DNA of 41,353 nt from a virus, in the UHGV virus genome UHGV-0007119; one strand, written 5' to 3'. The position numbers and the translations under genes are program-made. Under the pieces are notes generated by a model. The model was given only the letters and a program-made list of their open reading frames with translations. It searched no databases and had not been told where the DNA came from. This document shows positions 38,751 through 41,353 of the stretch, one piece after another; position 1 is the stretch's first letter; every line of letters starts with the position of its first letter.

Positions 38751-39257
38751 ATGACCACTATAACCGATAAGAAACAGTATCCAGGCGAGCAATATCTTAA
38801 TGAGCTGATCACCAACATAGAGTTTGCTGCAAGGGCACCAGTTGAAGTCGTGAGAGCGATGGCAGCAGAGCTACAGAAGCGGCGCGAAGCTGATAGTGCA
38901 GAACCTGTAAGCCAAACTTACAAGTTAACTTTTGAGCAATGGCTGGAACAGCAGCACGGCAAAATTGATGTTGATTGCGGCTGTGTGAGCACTGAAACGC
39001 TTCTGCACTGGATGCGTGTGGCGTATGAGGCTGGCAACTCTCCGGTAATTCCGGATGGTTGGATAAACTGTAGTGAGCGAATGCCGGAAGACACCAAAAT
39101 GTTACTGGCATTTAGTCAAGGTCAAATCGTGGCAGCATATTGGAACTGGGTAATGAGTCCAATTGATTACAAAAAATATAGAGCTTTCACGTATTTATCA
39201 GGAAATATCTTGGATGACGTAACTCACTGGATGCCGCTACCAGAGCCTCCACTTTGA
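38751..39257 (+). CDS. DUF551-like protein (paralogous family, member 3)
   Basis: Start MTTITDKKQYPGEQ… after AGGAG; C-terminus …VTHWMPLPEPPL typical of DUF551 as recalled. Confidence 0.55.
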   Translation: MTTITDKKQYPGEQYLNELITNIEFAARAPVEVVRAMAAELQKRREADSAEPVSQTYKLTFEQWLEQQHGKIDVDCGCVSTETLLHWMRVAYEAGNSPVIPDGWINCSERMPEDTKMLLAFSQGQIVAAYWNWVMSPIDYKKYRAFTYLSGNILDDVTHWMPLPEPPL

Positions 39258-39353
39258 AAGCGAAGCTTATACATATCTTTTACATCAGCAATCTATTGTT
39301 AATCTCCAATCAATGTTACGTTGTCATCTCACTCATGCTTTGGAGGTAGTGAT

Positions 39354-39533
39354 ATGTCTTGTCCAAAATGCGGTTCTGAAAATATTGCAAAAGAAAAAAC
39401 AATGCGTGGATGGTCTGATGATTATGTGTGCTGCGATTGCGGATACAACGACTCTAAAGACGCATTTGGAGAGCGTGGTAAAAACGAGTTTGTCAAAATT
39501 AATAAAGAACGCGAAGGCAACGGAAAAAGCTAA
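39354..39533 (+). CDS. Small zinc-ribbon protein
   Basis: 59 aa, MSCPKCGSEN…CCDCGYND (two CxxC pairs); ATG 7 nt after GGAGG. Confidence 0.5.
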   Translation: MSCPKCGSENIAKEKTMRGWSDDYVCCDCGYNDSKDAFGERGKNEFVKINKEREGNGKS

Positions 39534-39597
39534 TTTATTTATTCATATATGAAAACAATGTAACCAATATTCGATTTGAAGAACTGAAAGAACACCA

Positions 39598-39620
39598 AGC
39601 CGCCTGATGGCGGTTTTTTA
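39598..39620 (+). terminator. Intrinsic terminator
   Basis: Stem CCGCC/GGCGG with TGAT loop followed by TTTTTTA. Confidence 0.5.
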
Positions 39621-39633
39621 TTGGAGACAAGAA

Positions 39634-39978
39634 ATGTCAGATTTGACTATGAAGGTTTTGAAATGGCAATCGACTGGCGATGTCGGCATCAGTAGCGCAA
39701 CTCTTGCCTCAATCGCATGTGGACTGAAAAAGAATATCTATGGTCATCACTTCGGCGCTCCACATGACGCAGCCGATTTCCGACGATGCGTTGCACTGGT
39801 TGAGCAGATCCCAGAAATCAGAGATTCATTCGACAAGGTTGCAAAGCGCGTTCCGGCATTCAAAGGCATCCTCACCGAATGGGATTCCCTCGTTGCTCTG
39901 TTGAAGTCTGAAATGAAGATACACGGAAACAAAGCACCAGAGACTTACAGAAGAATTAGCGAGTTACGCAAGGACTAA
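39634..39978 (+). CDS. Hypothetical protein upstream of xis
   Basis: Start MSDLTMKVLKW… 7 nt after GGAG; about 114 aa. Confidence 0.5.
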   Translation: MSDLTMKVLKWQSTGDVGISSATLASIACGLKKNIYGHHFGAPHDAADFRRCVALVEQIPEIRDSFDKVAKRVPAFKGILTEWDSLVALLKSEMKIHGNKAPETYRRISELRKD

Positions 39979-40026
39979 CCACAGCCTCACACTCGATGAG
40001 GCCCGTTCATTTCTCAAGATATCCAG

Positions 40027-40049
40027 ACCTACCATTGCCGCATCAATGC
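40027..40049 (+). terminator. Intrinsic terminator upstream of xis
   Basis: Stem GCCGCA/TGCGGC with TCAA loop followed by TTTTCTT. Confidence 0.5.
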
Positions 40050-40083
40050 GGCTTTTCTTGCGTGTAATTGCGGAGACTTTGCG

Positions 40084-40302
40084 ATGTACTTGACACTTCA
40101 GGAGTGGAACGCACGCCAGCGACGCCCAAGAAGCCTTGAAACAGTTCGTCGATGGGTGCGCGAATGCAGGATATTCCCTCCTCCGGTTAAGGATGGAAGA
40201 GAATATTTGTTCCACGAATCAGCGGTAAAGGTTGACTTAAATCGACCAGTAACAGGTAGCCTTTTGAAGAGGATCAGAAATGGGAAGAAGGCGAAGTCAT
40301 GA
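40084..40302 (+). CDS. xis: Excisionase Xis (lambda type)
   Basis: 72 aa MYLTLQEWNARQRRPRSLETVRRWVRECRIFPPPVKDGREYLFHESAVKVDLNRP…, matches remembered lambda Xis; 3' end overlaps int. Confidence 0.9.
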   Translation: MYLTLQEWNARQRRPRSLETVRRWVRECRIFPPPVKDGREYLFHESAVKVDLNRPVTGSLLKRIRNGKKAKS

Positions 40303-41353
40303 GCGCCGGGATTTACCCCCTAACCTTTATATAAGAAACAATGGATATTACTGCTACAGGGACCCAAGGACGGGTAAAGAGTTTGGATTAGGCCGAGACA
40401 GGAGGATAGCAATCACTGAAGCAATACAGGCCAATATTGAGTTACTCTCAGACAGCGGACGCAAATCACTGATAGACAGAATTAAAGGCGCTGACTCAAT
40501 CACTCTTCATGTGTGGCTTGACCGATATGAAACAATTCTCAGCGAGAGGGGCATCAGACCGAAAACTCTACTCGACTACGCCAGCAAAATCAGGGCAATC
40601 CGAAGAAAATTGCCGGACAAACCGCTCGCTGACATATCAACGAAAGAGGTGGCAGCAATGCTAAACACCTACGTAGCAGAAGGTAAAGCGGCTTCCGCAA
40701 AATTAATCAGGTCAACCCTTGTTGACGTTTTTCGTGAGGCAATAGCCGAGGGGCATGTAGCAACGAATCCGGTAACAGCAACCCGTACAGCAAAGTCAGA
40801 AGTAAGGCGCTCAAGGCTGACAGCTAATGAGTATGTCGAGATTTACCATGCAGCCGAACCTCTCCCTATCTGGCTAAGGCTGGCGATGGATTTGGCCGTC
40901 GTTACAGGACAGAGAGTCGGCGATTTGTGCAGAATGAAATGGTCAGACATAAACGACAACCATCTTCACATTGAACAGAGTAAAACAGGGGCTAAACTCG
41001 CCATTCCGCTAACGCTAACGATTGACGCGCTCAATATCTCATTGACTGATACACTACAGAAATGCAGGGAGGCCAGCAGCAGTGAAACTATAATCGCATC
41101 AAAGCATCACGATCCGCTTTCCCCGAAAACAGTATCAAAGTATTTTACAAAGGCGAGAAATGCATCTGGACTCTCATTTGATGGAAACCCACCAACATTC
41201 CATGAACTGCGTAGCCTGTCAGCGAGGCTATACCGGAACCAGATTGGCGATAAGTTTGCTCAACGTCTTCTCGGGCATAAATCAGATTCAATGGCGGCGC
41301 GGTATAGGGACAGCCGTGGACGGGAATGGGACAAAATTGAAATCGACAAATGA
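40280..41353 (+). CDS. int: Tyrosine integrase (lambda Int family)
   Basis: 357 aa; first 55 residues identical to remembered lambda Int arm-binding domain; remainder related but diverged; catalytic …HELRSLSARLY… region conserved. Confidence 0.95.
   Translation: MGRRRSHERRDLPPNLYIRNNGYYCYRDPRTGKEFGLGRDRRIAITEAIQANIELLSDSGRKSLIDRIKGADSITLHVWLDRYETILSERGIRPKTLLDYASKIRAIRRKLPDKPLADISTKEVAAMLNTYVAEGKAASAKLIRSTLVDVFREAIAEGHVATNPVTATRTAKSEVRRSRLTANEYVEIYHAAEPLPIWLRLAMDLAVVTGQRVGDLCRMKWSDINDNHLHIEQSKTGAKLAIPLTLTIDALNISLTDTLQKCREASSSETIIASKHHDPLSPKTVSKYFTKARNASGLSFDGNPPTFHELRSLSARLYRNQIGDKFAQRLLGHKSDSMAARYRDSRGREWDKIEIDK

Larger units (their letters stand above)
60..41353. mobile_element. Lambdoid prophage: Sf6/P22-type virion module with lambda-type N, Q, lysis and int-xis modules
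   Basis: Contiguous, syntenic phage gene set from tailspike to integrase; att-arm sequence at the left end; int stops at the last base. Left boundary is approximate. Confidence 0.85.

Noticed and set aside
39607-39978. 123-aa version of the ORF upstream of xis
   Set aside because: Its first ATG lies inside an intrinsic terminator hairpin; the ATG at 39634 has a proper GGAG RBS.
1-41353. Scan for tRNA, rRNA and CRISPR features
   Set aside because: No cloverleaf-compatible tRNA-like segment, rRNA-like block or repeat-spacer array was seen by eye; a tRNAscan/CRISPR-finder run would be needed to exclude small RNAs definitively.

Overview
This window is a near-complete mosaic lambdoid prophage of about 41.3 kb, read right to left. 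All calls rest on reading the ORF translations and DNA motifs against remembered phage sequences; no database search was run. Layout: a short presumed host flank and a lambda-type att P arm at the left end; then on the minus strand a P22-type tailspike, the P22 immI region (ant, arc, mnt), Sf6/P22-type ejection, tail-needle, head, portal and terminase genes, a lambda-type lysis cassette (S, R, Rz/Rz1), Q with pR' and tR', the nin region, replication genes (O-like initiator with an internal iteron origin, DnaB-like helicase), cII, nutR and cro; then on the plus strand the cI-type repressor, pL/nutL, N, early-left accessory and recombination genes (RecT), xis, and an int that ends at the last base. 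The most interesting accessory loci are: an HNH-AP2 endonuclease gene inserted into the pR' late-transcript leader, with a paralogue in the nin region; a lipoprotein plus membrane coiled-coil gene pair at the position of P22 sieA; an AT-rich 156-aa gene directly after N; a DUF2829 (Tad2-like) gene; and an orphan Dam-like methyltransferase. No tRNA, rRNA or CRISPR array was seen.
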